Positions 51,527 to 62,952 of a stretch of 64,000 nt of DNA are shown here, one piece after another; position 1 is the first letter of the stretch, and every line of letters begins with the position of its first letter. Source of the DNA: an uncultured Acidobacteriota bacterium. GTDB taxonomy: Bacteria > Acidobacteriota > Thermoanaerobaculia > UBA5066. Below the pieces are notes generated by a model, which was given only the letters and a program-made list of their open reading frames with translations, did not search any database and was not told the DNA's origin. The stretch covers positions 224,001 to 288,000 of the forward strand of contig CAVZYA010000003.1 of assembly GCA_963779415.1 (NCBI GenBank), written 5' to 3'. Both the position numbers and the translations under genes were made by a program.

Positions 51527-53524
51527 ATGAGCCCCCCGACGGGAGGAGCCTCCGGATACGGTCTCGAGGCGCTCGCGACCCGGCATTTTCGGGCGCTTCT
51601 CGCCGCGGCCGCCGTTCTCCTGCCGCCGCTCGTCTTCGTCCGGACGGCGACGGCGCCCCTCTCGCGGATTCCGTGCGAGGTGACGACGCCGAATTGCCTG
51701 AACGGGGACCCGCTCCTCGTGACCTCGATGATGGCCCGGGCCTGGAGCCGCTTCGACCGTGGCGACGTCGCCTCCCATGACGACCGTGTCTTCGCCCCGT
51801 ACCCCGACGCGTGGGCCATGGGCGAGCCGTTTCTCCTTCCGTCCCTCGCCGGCTACCCGTGGGCCCGGCTCTCGGGCGCCCCCTCGGCGGGCTACAACCT
51901 CGCGCTTTTTTTCGCATCCGCGGCTACGCTGATCTCCGCTGGCGCGCTCTTCTCGCGCCTTTCGGGCCCCGGCCTGCCGGCCATTCTCGGCGCCGTCCTC
52001 TGGGCGTGGGGGCCGGCGCGGATGAACAACCTCGGCGTTCTCTCGGTCCTCTGGGCGGGCCTCGTTCCTCTCGTCCTCGCCTTCGGCCTCGACGCGCTCG
52101 ACGGCCGGCGCCGCGCCCTACCCCTCTTCGCCGCCGCGTGGCTCGCGCTCGGCCTCGGCAGCCTCTACGGCCTTCTGATGGGCGCGCTCGTCTCGGCGAT
52201 CGTTCTCCCCCTCGCCGCGTTTCCGCTTCGGGACCGGCGGCGACGTCTTCCCGCGGCCGCCGGCGCGGCGCTCCTCGCGGCTCTACCGCTCCTCCTCGTC
52301 TACCTGCCGTTCTTTCATCTCGAGCGGGACTTCGACGCCCGCGTCTCGCGCGAGCTGATGGAGGGACAGTCGGCCGACCTCCTGTCGCTCCTCCACGCGG
52401 GAGCCTTCACCGGACCGGTCGGGGCATTCCTCTCGCGATACGGTCCCTCGTTCCCGGGAGGGAGCGCGGCTCTCTTCCCCATGTTCGCCGTCCTCTTTGC
52501 CCTCGGGCTTCTCGCCGCGATCCGGCCGGCGGCCGCCGACTCCGCGGGGGGAGTGCCGGAGAGACGCCTCGGGCTCTGGAGCGTTCTGGCCGCCGCGAGT
52601 CTCCTCTTCGCCCTCGGGCCGACGATCCGGATCGCGGGAGCCGCCGTCGCGCCCGGGCCCTGGGCTCTCCTCGGCCCGCTTCCCGTCTTCCGGTCGCTCC
52701 GGGGCCTCTTCCGCTGGGACCAGTGGTGGGACCTCGCCCTCGCCGCTCTCTTCGTCCTCGCGCTTTCGCGGGCTCTTCGGTTTCTCTCCGGCCGTGCGAG
52801 AGTCGCGGCCCTTTCCGTCGCGGCGGCGCTCGTCGCGCTCGACGTCTGGCCGCGTCCGGTACCGGCTGCCGACGTCCCGGCCGCGGCCCCGTTCACCGAG
52901 GCGATCCGCGCCCTTCCCGAAGGCGCGATCGTGGCCGTCCATCCGTACGTCCGCGAGACCGCGACGCGCGGCACCTTCGAGCAGACGCTTCACGGCCGGC
53001 GGCTCCTGGACAGCTACCAGACCTTCGCGCCGCCCGTCCACCGCTGGCTCTTCTCGAAGACCGCCGCCGCACCGCTCGCGGAGAGTCTCGCGCTCTACCG
53101 CGAGCTGGGCGCTTCGGCCATCGACGTCGACAGGAGCCACCTCGACGCCGGCAGCCGCGCGGCGCTCGGGGAGATTCTCCGGGATCCCGCGTCCCACGGC
53201 GTCTCACGCGCCGTCGAGGCGGGGACGCGCGTCCTCCTCGTCGTGCCGCCGCGCCGGCCGATCCTCGTCGATCCGATGGCCGCCACCGGCCTCGTCTTCC
53301 AGGGCGGCGCCGCGACGATCCCGGCGACGCCGGGGCGGCTCGTCTTCCGCCTCCGATCGGAGTCCTGGCCCGCGACCGTCATCGCCGGCGGCGGCGCGTC
53401 GAAGGCCACGCTGACCTTCGACCTCGTCGGAGCCGGCGGCCTTCGCGTCCACATCGCGCCTCCCCCTCCTCCGGGCGCCGAGGTGCGGGACAGCCACGGC
53501 CGCGTCATCGGGAGAGCCGAGTAG
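51527..53524 (+). CDS. Polytopic membrane protein, GT-C/YfhO-like putative glycosyltransferase
   Basis: Many TM helices; GDP near the N-terminus, FAPYP, LFALGP, FRSLR and HGRRLLDSY. Confidence 0.6.
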   Translation: MSPPTGGASGYGLEALATRHFRALLAAAAVLLPPLVFVRTATAPLSRIPCEVTTPNCLNGDPLLVTSMMARAWSRFDRGDVASHDDRVFAPYPDAWAMGEPFLLPSLAGYPWARLSGAPSAGYNLALFFASAATLISAGALFSRLSGPGLPAILGAVLWAWGPARMNNLGVLSVLWAGLVPLVLAFGLDALDGRRRALPLFAAAWLALGLGSLYGLLMGALVSAIVLPLAAFPLRDRRRRLPAAAGAALLAALPLLLVYLPFFHLERDFDARVSRELMEGQSADLLSLLHAGAFTGPVGAFLSRYGPSFPGGSAALFPMFAVLFALGLLAAIRPAAADSAGGVPERRLGLWSVLAAASLLFALGPTIRIAGAAVAPGPWALLGPLPVFRSLRGLFRWDQWWDLALAALFVLALSRALRFLSGRARVAALSVAAALVALDVWPRPVPAADVPAAAPFTEAIRALPEGAIVAVHPYVRETATRGTFEQTLHGRRLLDSYQTFAPPVHRWLFSKTAAAPLAESLALYRELGASAIDVDRSHLDAGSRAALGEILRDPASHGVSRAVEAGTRVLLVVPPRRPILVDPMAATGLVFQGGAATIPATPGRLVFRLRSESWPATVIAGGGASKATLTFDLVGAGGLRVHIAPPPPPGAEVRDSHGRVIGRAE

Positions 53525-53537
53525 CCGGCCGGAAGAG

Positions 53538-55913
53538 CTACGGGGTCAAACGGAACGCCACGGCCGCATCGAGCCGGAAGAGCGTCGACGGGGGGCGCGC
53601 GACGGCGGCGAGGCGCGTGACGATGTCGGGCCAGACGGCCTTCCGGAACGGGTCGGGCCTCCCCGAGCGAAGGTCGTGCCGCCGTTCGACGAGGAGCGTC
53701 GCCCACTCGGGACGGGGGGACCCGTCGAGCGCTACCGCCTGAAAGTCGAGATCGGAACCCGAGCGGCTGGCGAAGAAGATCCCGGCGCCGGAAAGGCCCG
53801 TTCCGGCGAGCGTCACGACCGCCGCGCGCCCGCGCGAGCCGTCGGCCAGCTCGGCGAAGAGTCCCTCGACGAGCGGGTGGCCCGAGGAGAAGAAGTCGAT
53901 CTCCTCCTTGAGGACCGCTTCGCCCCGGTCGAACGTCCCGAGGAATCGCGAGCCCGAGGGGACGCCGGGGAGATGCTCGACGAGCGCGTCTCCCCCCAGC
54001 TCGAAGTGCCACGTCCGGAGACCGGTGCGCTCCCCGATTTCGAGGTCGAACTGACGTGCCGCGCCGAGGACGAACTGCTCCATTCTTGCGTCGAGATCCG
54101 GAGGGATCCGAGCGAGAACGTCGTCCGCCATCCCGGCCCGGAATCCGTCGACGTGGAGATGGCGGTAGACGGCCTCCTGCCTCGCGCGGGTCGCCTCGAG
54201 CACTTCGGCAGCCAGCTCGTCCATGGGGAGATGCTGCCCCGCCTTCCAGAGTCGCTCCGCCTTTCGAACGGCCTCCTCCACGTGGGCGAGGGAGCGCTCG
54301 AAGCCGCCGAGCGGCTCCCGAAAGAGGCCGATCCGCTCGTAGAGCGCGACGAGCTCTCTCCCGAAGCCGTCCGGCGGCCGGAAGTAGACGATCTCGACCG
54401 GGCTCGTCCGGCTGATCCGGTCGAGCCGCCCGATCCGCTGCTCCACCGCGGCCGGATCGGTCGGGAGGTCGAAAAGAACGAGCCGCCGGCAGAACTCGAA
54501 GTTGCGCCCTTCGCCCCCCGCCTCGGTCGAGACGAGGAACGACGGACCTCCCTCGCGCCGGAACTCTGCCACCTCGAGGTCTCCGCGCCCGGAGGTCATC
54601 TCCTCGTGAAAAACGGCGACGCGCCGCCGCGTCCGGGTCTCGAGACGCGCCTTGAGAGCCTGAACCGACGGCAGATCGTGGACGAAGACGAGCGTCTTTC
54701 CGGGGAGAGGCGTCTCCGCGAGCCACGTCACGCGCGGGTCGGCGAGGTCGGCCTTCTCGTCGCCCGAGAGCCCCGGCTGCAAGGGCGAAGACGGGAGATC
54801 GACGGGGACGGGTGTGCGCGGCGGGAGCCCCCCGAGATCGGCGCGGCGCGTTGCGCTCGTCACGGGGGGGAGCGGCCGCCCTTTGGCGAGCGATGCCGCG
54901 AACTCCAAAAGGGTGCGGTACGCGTCGGGGCGAAGGAGGGAGAGGAGGTCGAAGAAGCCGGCGACGTCGGCCTCGAGTGGCGTTGCGGTCAGAAGCAGGA
55001 CGTGCCGCGACCGCTCCGCGAGCGGCGCGACCGCGCGCCATGCGTCGTTTCCCCCCGAGCCCGCCGGCCGCTCCAGCCGGTGCGCCTCGTCCACGACGAG
55101 GAGATCGAAGCCCGCGCTCCGGGCGCGCTGGGCGAGGTCCCGCTCCTCCGCCAGCTCCTCGAGCGAGACGACGAGGCTCCGATGGGCTTCGAAAGGATTG
55201 AATCCGGCGCCGTGTTCCTTCGCCACGTCCTCGCGCCTCTTCCGGTCGAGGAGGACGAAGGTCTGGTGGAACTTCCGCCAGAGCTCGCCCAGCCACTGGA
55301 CCGTCAGGCTCGCCGGCGCCACCACGAGAGTCCGCTCGGCACGCCCCGTCCGGACGAGGCGCGACAGGATGAGACAGGCCTCGACGGTCTTTCCGAGCCC
55401 CACCTCGTCCGCGAGGAGCCATCGGACCGGATCGGCGGCCGTCGCGCGTTCGGCCACGTGAAGCTGGTGAGGGAAGATCCGGATCCTCCCGCCGAGAAAC
55501 GAGCCGAGGCCCCGCGCCTGCCGCACCCTTTCGAGAAGGAGGCCGTCCAGCCGGTTCACGAACGCCGCCACGCCGTCCACGTCGAGCGCGGCGAGGCGCT
55601 CCAGCGGGGCGCTCGGCGGCTCGAGGGGCCAGACCTCCGGGAGCGGAATCCGCCTCCCGTCCGCAAGGACGGCCATCCCCTCCTGAAGCGCCGAGAGGAT
55701 CGCCGGCTCGCCGCCGAAGCCGGCGGTCACCCTCTGGCCCGGTGAAAGAACGACGGGGCGGAGCGCCGAATCGGCCGCCGCGAGCGTCAGGAGGACCCCG
55801 GTCTTCGGAAAGCGGACGACGAGGAGCCGGCCAGAGGCCTTCTCGACACGCCCCGGCCCGAGGTCGGGATTGAAGCGGTGGAAGAGCGCGTCCCCCGGCC
55901 GGAGCGTCCGCAT
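53538..55913 (-). CDS. rapA: RapA/HepA-like SNF2 ATPase
   Basis: PHQLHVA, LLADEVGLGKT, VVDEAH, LLLTATP, STEAGGEGRNFEF and EQRIGRLDRI. Confidence 0.85.
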   Translation of the reverse strand: MRTLRPGDALFHRFNPDLGPGRVEKASGRLLVVRFPKTGVLLTLAAADSALRPVVLSPGQRVTAGFGGEPAILSALQEGMAVLADGRRIPLPEVWPLEPPSAPLERLAALDVDGVAAFVNRLDGLLLERVRQARGLGSFLGGRIRIFPHQLHVAERATAADPVRWLLADEVGLGKTVEACLILSRLVRTGRAERTLVVAPASLTVQWLGELWRKFHQTFVLLDRKRREDVAKEHGAGFNPFEAHRSLVVSLEELAEERDLAQRARSAGFDLLVVDEAHRLERPAGSGGNDAWRAVAPLAERSRHVLLLTATPLEADVAGFFDLLSLLRPDAYRTLLEFAASLAKGRPLPPVTSATRRADLGGLPPRTPVPVDLPSSPLQPGLSGDEKADLADPRVTWLAETPLPGKTLVFVHDLPSVQALKARLETRTRRRVAVFHEEMTSGRGDLEVAEFRREGGPSFLVSTEAGGEGRNFEFCRRLVLFDLPTDPAAVEQRIGRLDRISRTSPVEIVYFRPPDGFGRELVALYERIGLFREPLGGFERSLAHVEEAVRKAERLWKAGQHLPMDELAAEVLEATRARQEAVYRHLHVDGFRAGMADDVLARIPPDLDARMEQFVLGAARQFDLEIGERTGLRTWHFELGGDALVEHLPGVPSGSRFLGTFDRGEAVLKEEIDFFSSGHPLVEGLFAELADGSRGRAAVVTLAGTGLSGAGIFFASRSGSDLDFQAVALDGSPRPEWATLLVERRHDLRSGRPDPFRKAVWPDIVTRLAAVARPPSTLFRLDAAVAFRLTP

Positions 55914-57028
55914 CAGGAAAGGGCTTGAACGAGGTCCGAAACGAGGTCGTCCGGGTGTTCGAGGCCGATGGAGAGGCGGACGAGGTCGCGGGGCGCCGTC
56001 CCTCCCGGGCCTTCGCTCGAGGCCCGGTGCTCGATGAGGCTCTCGACCCCCCCGAGCGAGGTGGCCCTCGTGAAGAGCCTCGCGCGCGCCACGCACCGGA
56101 GCGCCGCATCTTCGCCCCCCTTCACCCGGAAGGAGAGCATTCCCCCGAACCCGCTCATCTGGCGCGCCGCGACCGGATGGCCGGGGTGGGAGGAAAGCCC
56201 GGGGTAGTGGACGGCGGAGACCGCGCGAAGCGCTTCCAGCGCTCGCGCCACGGCGAGGCCGCTCTCGCTCTGCCGTGCCATCCGGCAGGCGAGCGAGCGG
56301 AGGCCGCGAAGGACGAGCCATGAATTGAACGGGGCCGCCACGGCGCCGAGAAGGTGCCGGACGTGGCGCACCTTTTCGAAGAAGGCGTCCCGGCTCCGGA
56401 AGACGAGCGCCCCCCCCTGCACGTCGCTGTGCCCGCCGAAGTATTTCGTCGTGGCATGGAGGACGATGTCCGCACCGAGCGCGATCGGACGCTGCAGGGC
56501 CGGCGTCGCGAAGGTCCCGTCGACGAGGACGAGGGCCCCCGCGGCACGCGAGAGGCGGGAGGCCGCCTCGAGATCCGTGATGGAAAGAAGCGGGTTCGAC
56601 GGAGTCTCGAGCCAGACGAGGGAGGCGCCTCCGCCGAGATCCCGCTCGAGCGCGGTGAGATCCGTCATGTCGCAGAAGGCGGCCGAAAGTCCCCACTGCG
56701 GAAGGAACTCGAGGGCCGCCGCGCGATATCCGTAGTAAACATCCTCTGGGAAGAGCACGCGCTCACCCGGCGGGAGCGCCTGGAGGACGGCGATGCCAGC
56801 CGCCATCCCCGACGCGAAGGCAAGCGCCGCCTCGCCGCCGTCGAGCGGCGCGAGCGCGGCCTCCAGAAGGTCGTGCATCGGATGCGACTCGCGGATGTAG
56901 GTGTGGCCGCCGAAGGGAACACCCGCTTCGTTCCGCTCGAAGGAAGTCGCGAGGTGGATGGGGGGGGCCACCCCGCCGGTCTCGTCAGGGGTGCGGCCTG
57001 CGTGTACGGCGATCGTTTCGAAACGCAC
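55913..57028 (-). CDS. Cystathionine gamma-synthase/lyase family PLP enzyme
   Basis: PPIHLATSF, FASGMAA, WLETPSNP, HATTKYFGGHSD and ATSLGGVESLIEH. Confidence 0.92.
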   Translation of the reverse strand: MRFETIAVHAGRTPDETGGVAPPIHLATSFERNEAGVPFGGHTYIRESHPMHDLLEAALAPLDGGEAALAFASGMAAGIAVLQALPPGERVLFPEDVYYGYRAAALEFLPQWGLSAAFCDMTDLTALERDLGGGASLVWLETPSNPLLSITDLEAASRLSRAAGALVLVDGTFATPALQRPIALGADIVLHATTKYFGGHSDVQGGALVFRSRDAFFEKVRHVRHLLGAVAAPFNSWLVLRGLRSLACRMARQSESGLAVARALEALRAVSAVHYPGLSSHPGHPVAARQMSGFGGMLSFRVKGGEDAALRCVARARLFTRATSLGGVESLIEHRASSEGPGGTAPRDLVRLSIGLEHPDDLVSDLVQALS

Positions 57029-57077
57029 GGATCCTCCCCGAGCGGAGACGCGCCGGACATGGAACAATCGGCGCGTG

Positions 57078-57809
57078 ATGCACCGGCTCCTCGGAAGCGC
57101 GCTCGCCGCCCTCCTCCTCGCTCATACAGGTCCCCTCCTCGCTTTGCAAGCTCCCGCAACGGACGAGAAGAGCGCCGGCGAAGGGCTGAAGCGCGAGCGC
57201 GAGCTTCTCGCGAACTACCGCTGGAGACTGAAGACGGAGATGAGGGTGGACGGCCTCCTCCGGCTCACCCGCCTCGAGGACGTGAACCTCGGTCCGACCG
57301 GCGGGTTCCAGAAAAAGCTCGTGAGGTTCGAACGCGCGCCGGAGCCGACGCCCGTGCCGCTCTCCGACCCCCGGGCGGGCAAGGCGCCCCCTTCGCAGCA
57401 GGATGACGACCGCTTCTTCGACTCGGCGCAGTCCCTGATGGAGCTGTATGCCCGGCTCTCCCCCGAGCGGGTGAACGAGTGGAAGGCCCGCGCGACTCTG
57501 CTCACTCCCGACCCGGACCGCCCGGGACTCCTCCGGATGGAGGGGCACGGCCTCGGCCGGCCGCAGGACGACGCCGTCGTCTACATCGACCCGAAGAGCC
57601 GAAGGGCGGCGGAGATCGAGGTGAAGACCACCGTCGGACCGGAGGTAAAGGAGATCGCGTTCATCCGGGCCTCGTTCGAGCAGCTCAAGCCCGCCTCTCC
57701 CGAAGCCCCGAGTGTCCTCGTCCCGAAGAGGATCTTCATGAACCTGAGCCGGGGCGGGCACAGCATCATGCTCGAGATGGAGACGTCGGACTGGAGGCTC
57801 TGGCGCTGA
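57078..57809 (+). CDS. Hypothetical exported protein
   Basis: Signal-like N-terminus (MHRLLGSALAALLLAH...), host-like codon use, beta-rich. Confidence 0.65.
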   Translation: MHRLLGSALAALLLAHTGPLLALQAPATDEKSAGEGLKRERELLANYRWRLKTEMRVDGLLRLTRLEDVNLGPTGGFQKKLVRFERAPEPTPVPLSDPRAGKAPPSQQDDDRFFDSAQSLMELYARLSPERVNEWKARATLLTPDPDRPGLLRMEGHGLGRPQDDAVVYIDPKSRRAAEIEVKTTVGPEVKEIAFIRASFEQLKPASPEAPSVLVPKRIFMNLSRGGHSIMLEMETSDWRLWR

Positions 57810-57825
57810 CGCGACGGACGGGGCT

Positions 57826-59049
57826 TCAGAGCGAAAGGACCCCGACGCGGCTTCTCCGGAACAGCACCCCCCCGCAGAAGAGCATCAGGACGACGCCGTT
57901 CCCGGCGAGGACCCACGGTGCCGTGAAGACCGCCGCGAGGCTCCCGGCGGCGAGGTTCCCGAGCGGCATCGCCCCGCGGAACGCGAGCGTGTAGACGCTC
58001 ACGACGCGCCCGCGCATCGCCTCCTCGACGTTCGTCTGGACGAGCGTCATGAAGGTCGCGAAGACGGCCACCATCGCGGCCCCGGCGAGGAAGAGGACGA
58101 CGAAGGAGAGGGGGAGGCTCTTCGAAGCCGCGAAGGCGACGGAGAGGACGCCGAAGACGGCGAGCATCGTGACGCCGGCCCGTCCCCGGTGGGAGACGCT
58201 CGCGAGCCCCGCCACGGCGATCGCCCCGGCGACCGCCCCGAGACCGAATGCCGCGAGAAAATGGCTGTATCCCTTCACATCTCCGCCGAAGACGTCCTTC
58301 GCGAAGACCGGCAGGAGCGTCACGAGCGGAAGGGCGCAGAAGCTGGAGAGAAAGGCGATCCCGACGAGGCCACGCAGGGACTTCGAGCCGTGGACGACCT
58401 TGACGCCGGCGCGAAGGCTCTCGAGGACCGAGCCGGTCTCCGGGGCCTCCGTGAGGGCGCCGCGCCTGAGGAAGAGGAGCGCCGCGATGACGGCGAGAAA
58501 GGAGACGCCGTTCAGGGCGAAGCAGGTGGCCGCGCCGAGGGCGTAGAACGCCCAGCCGCCGAGGACCGGGCCGATGACCCGCGCCAGGTTGAACTGGATC
58601 GAGTTCAGCGCGACGGCGTTCGGGAGGTCCTCCCGGTCGACGAGCGTCGGGACGAGCGCCTGGTAGGCCGGGCCGCCGAACGACTGGGCGAGGCCCACGA
58701 CGAGGGACAGGGCGAGGATGTGCCAGACGTGGACCTTGCCGAACGCGACGAGGGCCGCGAGGAGGAAAGCGGAGGAGAGCTGGACGACCTGCGATCCGAG
58801 GAGGATCCGACGCCTGTCGACCCGGTCCGCGAGGACCCCGCCGAAGAGCGAGAAGACGAGGAACGGGGATTCCTGCAGGAAGGCGGAGAGGCCGAGGTAG
58901 AACGGCGAGCCGGTCAGCGTCAGGATCAGCCAGTTCTGCGCGACCGTCTGCATCCAGGTCCCGACGCTCGACGTGAAGGCTCCCGCCCAGAGAAGACTGA
59001 AGTCGCGGTACGTGAAAGCCTTGAAAACCCGTCTCAACCTGTCGAGCAC
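57826..59049 (-). CDS. MFS transporter (EntS/MFS_3-like)
   Basis: About 12 TMs; GTWMQ, GGVLADRVDRRR, NLARVIGP and MRGRVVS. Confidence 0.93.
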   Translation of the reverse strand: MLDRLRRVFKAFTYRDFSLLWAGAFTSSVGTWMQTVAQNWLILTLTGSPFYLGLSAFLQESPFLVFSLFGGVLADRVDRRRILLGSQVVQLSSAFLLAALVAFGKVHVWHILALSLVVGLAQSFGGPAYQALVPTLVDREDLPNAVALNSIQFNLARVIGPVLGGWAFYALGAATCFALNGVSFLAVIAALLFLRRGALTEAPETGSVLESLRAGVKVVHGSKSLRGLVGIAFLSSFCALPLVTLLPVFAKDVFGGDVKGYSHFLAAFGLGAVAGAIAVAGLASVSHRGRAGVTMLAVFGVLSVAFAASKSLPLSFVVLFLAGAAMVAVFATFMTLVQTNVEEAMRGRVVSVYTLAFRGAMPLGNLAAGSLAAVFTAPWVLAGNGVVLMLFCGGVLFRRSRVGVLSL

Positions 59050-59132
59050 GATCCGAGTCTCGCACGCCGCCGCGGATCCCCCCGGGAGGGACCCAAAAAG
59101 GCGGCCTTTCGTAGTATAAGAACGCGCCGAAG

Positions 59133-59789
59133 ATGCCCCAGATCTTCCCCAAGAGCGCGAACACTCTCGTCCGGTCGACGCTGATCGGCGCGGTCGTCCT
59201 CGCCGGTGCCCTCGGAGGGGCCGGATGGGAGATCGCCCGGTCGGGATTCGTGACCGGACAAGGGGTGACGGTGTCGCAGCCCGTCCCGTTCAGCCATGAC
59301 CACCACGTGACCGGGCTCGGCATCGACTGCCGCTACTGCCACACCTCCGTCGAGACCTCTTCCTTCGCCGGCATCCCCCCCTCGGCGACCTGCTTCAACT
59401 GCCACAAGATCATCTGGAAGGACGCCCCGATGCTCGAGCCGGTGCGCGAGAGCGTCCGGACGGGGCGGCCCCTCGTCTGGAACCGGGTTCACGACCTCCC
59501 CGACTTCGTCTACTTCGACCACTCCATCCACGTGGCGAAGGGGGTCGGCTGCGTCTCCTGTCATGGTCGGATCGACCGGATGAAGCTCGTCCAGCAGGCG
59601 GAATCGCTCCAGATGTCCTGGTGCCTCGATTGCCACCGGAACCCGGAGAACTTCCTCCGGCCGAAGAGCGAGATCTTCAGCTTCGCATGGAAGGCGGACG
59701 ACCAGCGCGCGCTCGGGGAACGGCTCGCCCGGGAGAACCACCTTCGACCGCGATTTGCCCTGACGAACTGCAGCACGTGTCATCGCTGA
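59133..59789 (+). CDS. actA: Alternative complex III pentaheme cytochrome c subunit
   Basis: MPQIF start, one TM, QPVPFSH and five CxxCH (CRYCH, CFNCH, CVSCH, CLDCH, CSTCH). Confidence 0.93.
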   Translation: MPQIFPKSANTLVRSTLIGAVVLAGALGGAGWEIARSGFVTGQGVTVSQPVPFSHDHHVTGLGIDCRYCHTSVETSSFAGIPPSATCFNCHKIIWKDAPMLEPVRESVRTGRPLVWNRVHDLPDFVYFDHSIHVAKGVGCVSCHGRIDRMKLVQQAESLQMSWCLDCHRNPENFLRPKSEIFSFAWKADDQRALGERLARENHLRPRFALTNCSTCHR

Positions 59790-59814
59790 GGCGAGAGAGG
59801 GTTTGATTCAGAGG

Positions 59815-62800
59815 ATGTCCACGACGAGAAAATCGGACGTGTCGGCCGCCGCGACTCCCCTCGAGAAGGGGGATCTGCAGGAGCGGGTGGACGCAGCGAT
59901 CCCGGCCGCCTCCCCGGACGTCGACGCCCTGAAGGCGAAGCTGGAGGGGCGGTCGGGCCGCGCCTTCTGGCGGAGCCTCGAGGAGCTTTCCGGGAGCCCG
60001 GAGTTCGCGCGACTCCTCGAGCGGGAGTTCCCGAGCCATGCGGCCGAGTGGGAAGAGGGGCTCTCGCGGCGCCGCTTCTTCGAGCTGGCCGGCGCCTCCC
60101 TCGCGCTCGGAGGCCTGGCGGCCTGCACGCGCCAGCCGCGGGAACAGATCGTCCCTTACGTCAAGCAGCCCGAGGAGGTCGTTCCCGGGAGGCCGCTCTT
60201 CTTCGCCACCGCGTTTCCACTCGCGGGCTACGCGACCGGACTCCTCGTCGAGAGCTACACCGGACGTCCGACGAAGATCGAGGGGAACCCCGACCACCCC
60301 TCCAGCCTCGGCGCGACCGACGCCTTCGCGCAGGCCTCGATCCTCGGCCTCTACGACCCCGACCGCTCCCAGACACTCACGCAGTTCGGCCGGATCAGGA
60401 CGTGGCAGGCGCTCGGCGACGCGGTCGGCGCGCGGATGAAGTCGCTTCGGGGCCTTCAGGGGGACGGCCTCCGGATCCTGACCGGGTCGGTCACTTCGCC
60501 GACGCTCGCGGGCGAGCTGAAGGCCCTTCTCGCCGCCCTGCCGAAGGCGAAGTGGCACCAGTGGGAAGCCGCCGGCCGGGACCGCGTCCGCGAGGGAGCC
60601 CGGATCGCCTTCGGACAGCCCATCGAGATCCGGTACGACTTCGAGAAAGCCGACGTCCTCGTCACCCTCGACGCCGACCCTCTCACCGAAGGGCCCGGAA
60701 AGCTCTCGAACGCCCGGCAGTTCGCGGGGCGGCGGCGGGCGATGGCGAAGGACCCGAAGGCGCCCGCGGTCCGCTACTTTGCGTTCGAGACCGCCCCGAC
60801 GGCGGGGGGCGTCCTCGCCGACCACCGCGTGCCGGTCTCCGCGGCGAATCTCCCGGCCGTCGCGGCTGCCCTCGCGGCCGCTGCCGGAGTCCCCGGAGCG
60901 GCGGCTCCCTCCGGCCTCGACGAAGCGACGCGGACGCTCGTCTCCACGGCCGCGGGCGACCTCCGGGAGAGCCCGGGCCGGGCGATCGTCGTCGCCGGCG
61001 AGTACGCGCCACCGGGCGTCCAGGCACTCGCCCACGCGATCAATCGCGAGATCGGAGCCTTCGGGACGACGGCCCTCGTGACCGATCCGGTCGAGGCGAT
61101 CCCTCTCGACCAGGCGGCTTCGTTGAAGGAACTCGCGGCCGACCTCGCCGCCGGGAAGGTGGACCTCCTCGTCCTCCTCGGAGTGAACCCCGTCTTCGAC
61201 GCCCCCGCCGACCTCGATTTCGCGTCGGCCATGAAGAAGGCGGCCCTCGTCGTCCACCTCGGCCTCTACGCCGACGAGACGGGCGCGTTCGCCGAGTGGC
61301 ACGTCCCCGAGGCCCACTACCTCGAGACGTGGGGCGACTCGCGCGGCCACGACGGGACGGTCGCGATTCAGCAGCCCCTCGTCGACCCGCTCTACGACGG
61401 CAAGTCGGCGCTCGAGATGGTCCAGCTCCTCCAGATCGCCGGAACCGAGACGCCGCCGAAGACGCCGCTCGAGATCGTGAAGAGCCACTGGAACAAGGCC
61501 CGCGGCGGGGCCGACTTCGAGGCCTTCTTCCGGAAGTCGCTCCACGACGGCGTCGTCGCGGGGACGGCGCTCGCGCCGAAAGCGGTCGTCCCCTCGCCGG
61601 ATGCCGCCGTGCGCGCACTGGCGACGCTTGGCGTATCCGCGCGCGCCGTCCACGCCGAAGCGGATTCGCTCACCGTCCTCTTCCGTCCCGACCCCGGCCT
61701 CTTCGACGGCCGCTTCGCGAACAACGGGTGGCTCCAGGAGCTGCCGCGCCAGCGGACGACGGTCGTCTGGGACAACCCCGTCCACGTCTCCCCCGCCACG
61801 GCGCAGAGGCTCGGCGTCGCGACCGGCGACGTCCTCGCCCTCACCGTCGGCGGGAAGAGAGTCGAGATCCCGGCCGTCGTCGTCCCCGGACAGCCCGACG
61901 GAACGCTGACGCTCCATTTCGGATACGGCCGGACCCGGGCGGGCCGCGTCGGCAACGGAACGGGCTTCGACGTCTTCCCTCTCCGGACGACCGGCGCCCT
62001 CTGGGAGGCGCCGGCCACGGCGACGAGGACCGGAGGGACGTACGACGTCGTCACGACGCAGCACCACTTCAACATGGAGGGACGGAACCTCGCCCGGGCC
62101 GGCACCTTCGGGGAGTACCGGAAGAACCCCGCCTTCGTCGCCGAGATGAGCGAGGGCGACGGTCCGCCCGTCTCGCTCTATCCCGGGTTCGCCTACCCGA
62201 ACCACGCGTGGGGGATGGCCGTGAACCTCTCGGCGTGCATCGGCTGCACGGCGTGCGTCGTCGCCTGCCAGGCCGAAAACAACATTCCGGTCGTCGGCAA
62301 GGACCAGGTCCGCCGCGGCCGCGAGATGCACTGGATCCGGATCGACCGGTACTTCGAGGGCTCGCCGGAGAACCCGACGGCGCTGAACCAGCCCGTCTTC
62401 TGCATGCACTGCGAGAAGGCGCCCTGCGAAGTCGTCTGCCCGGTCGCCGCCACGACGCACAGCGAGGAAGGTCTCAACGAGATGACCTACAACCGCTGCG
62501 TCGGGACGAGGTACTGCTCGAACAACTGTCCCTACAAGGTCCGGCGCTTCAACTTCTACGAGTTCAACGAGGACAAGAAGCTCCCGAGCCTGACCGCGAT
62601 GGCGAACCCGAACGTCTCCGTCCGGACACTCGGCGTCATGGAGAAGTGCACCTACTGCGTCCAGCGGATCAACCGCGCCCGGATCGACGCCGAGCGCGAG
62701 AACCGCCCGCTCAGGGACGGCGAGGTCCGGACGGCCTGCCAGCAGGTCTGCCCCACCGAGGCGCTCGTCTTCGGCGACATCAACGACCCCTCCTCGAGGG

Positions 62801-62952
62801 TCGCGGCTCTGAAGAAGGAGCCCCTCAACTACGCGCTCCTCGGCGAGCTGAACACCCGGCCGCGGACGACGTATCTCGCGAAGCTGTCGAACCCCCGGCC
62901 GGAACTCGAGTCTCCGTCCACGCCCGGGCCGCAGAAGGAAGGGAAGGGCTGA
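59815..62952 (+). CDS. actB: Alternative complex III subunit B (Tat-exported molybdopterin-oxidoreductase-like domain + Fe-S domain)
   Basis: [16 protein letters not shown]...[50 protein letters not shown] and CTYC...CQQVCP. Alternative start TTG 59803. Confidence 0.95.
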   Translation: MSTTRKSDVSAAATPLEKGDLQERVDAAIPAASPDVDALKAKLEGRSGRAFWRSLEELSGSPEFARLLEREFPSHAAEWEEGLSRRRFFELAGASLALGGLAACTRQPREQIVPYVKQPEEVVPGRPLFFATAFPLAGYATGLLVESYTGRPTKIEGNPDHPSSLGATDAFAQASILGLYDPDRSQTLTQFGRIRTWQALGDAVGARMKSLRGLQGDGLRILTGSVTSPTLAGELKALLAALPKAKWHQWEAAGRDRVREGARIAFGQPIEIRYDFEKADVLVTLDADPLTEGPGKLSNARQFAGRRRAMAKDPKAPAVRYFAFETAPTAGGVLADHRVPVSAANLPAVAAALAAAAGVPGAAAPSGLDEATRTLVSTAAGDLRESPGRAIVVAGEYAPPGVQALAHAINREIGAFGTTALVTDPVEAIPLDQAASLKELAADLAAGKVDLLVLLGVNPVFDAPADLDFASAMKKAALVVHLGLYADETGAFAEWHVPEAHYLETWGDSRGHDGTVAIQQPLVDPLYDGKSALEMVQLLQIAGTETPPKTPLEIVKSHWNKARGGADFEAFFRKSLHDGVVAGTALAPKAVVPSPDAAVRALATLGVSARAVHAEADSLTVLFRPDPGLFDGRFANNGWLQELPRQRTTVVWDNPVHVSPATAQRLGVATGDVLALTVGGKRVEIPAVVVPGQPDGTLTLHFGYGRTRAGRVGNGTGFDVFPLRTTGALWEAPATATRTGGTYDVVTTQHHFNMEGRNLARAGTFGEYRKNPAFVAEMSEGDGPPVSLYPGFAYPNHAWGMAVNLSACIGCTACVVACQAENNIPVVGKDQVRRGREMHWIRIDRYFEGSPENPTALNQPVFCMHCEKAPCEVVCPVAATTHSEEGLNEMTYNRCVGTRYCSNNCPYKVRRFNFYEFNEDKKLPSLTAMANPNVSVRTLGVMEKCTYCVQRINRARIDAERENRPLRDGEVRTACQQVCPTEALVFGDINDPSSRVAALKKEPLNYALLGELNTRPRTTYLAKLSNPRPELESPSTPGPQKEGKG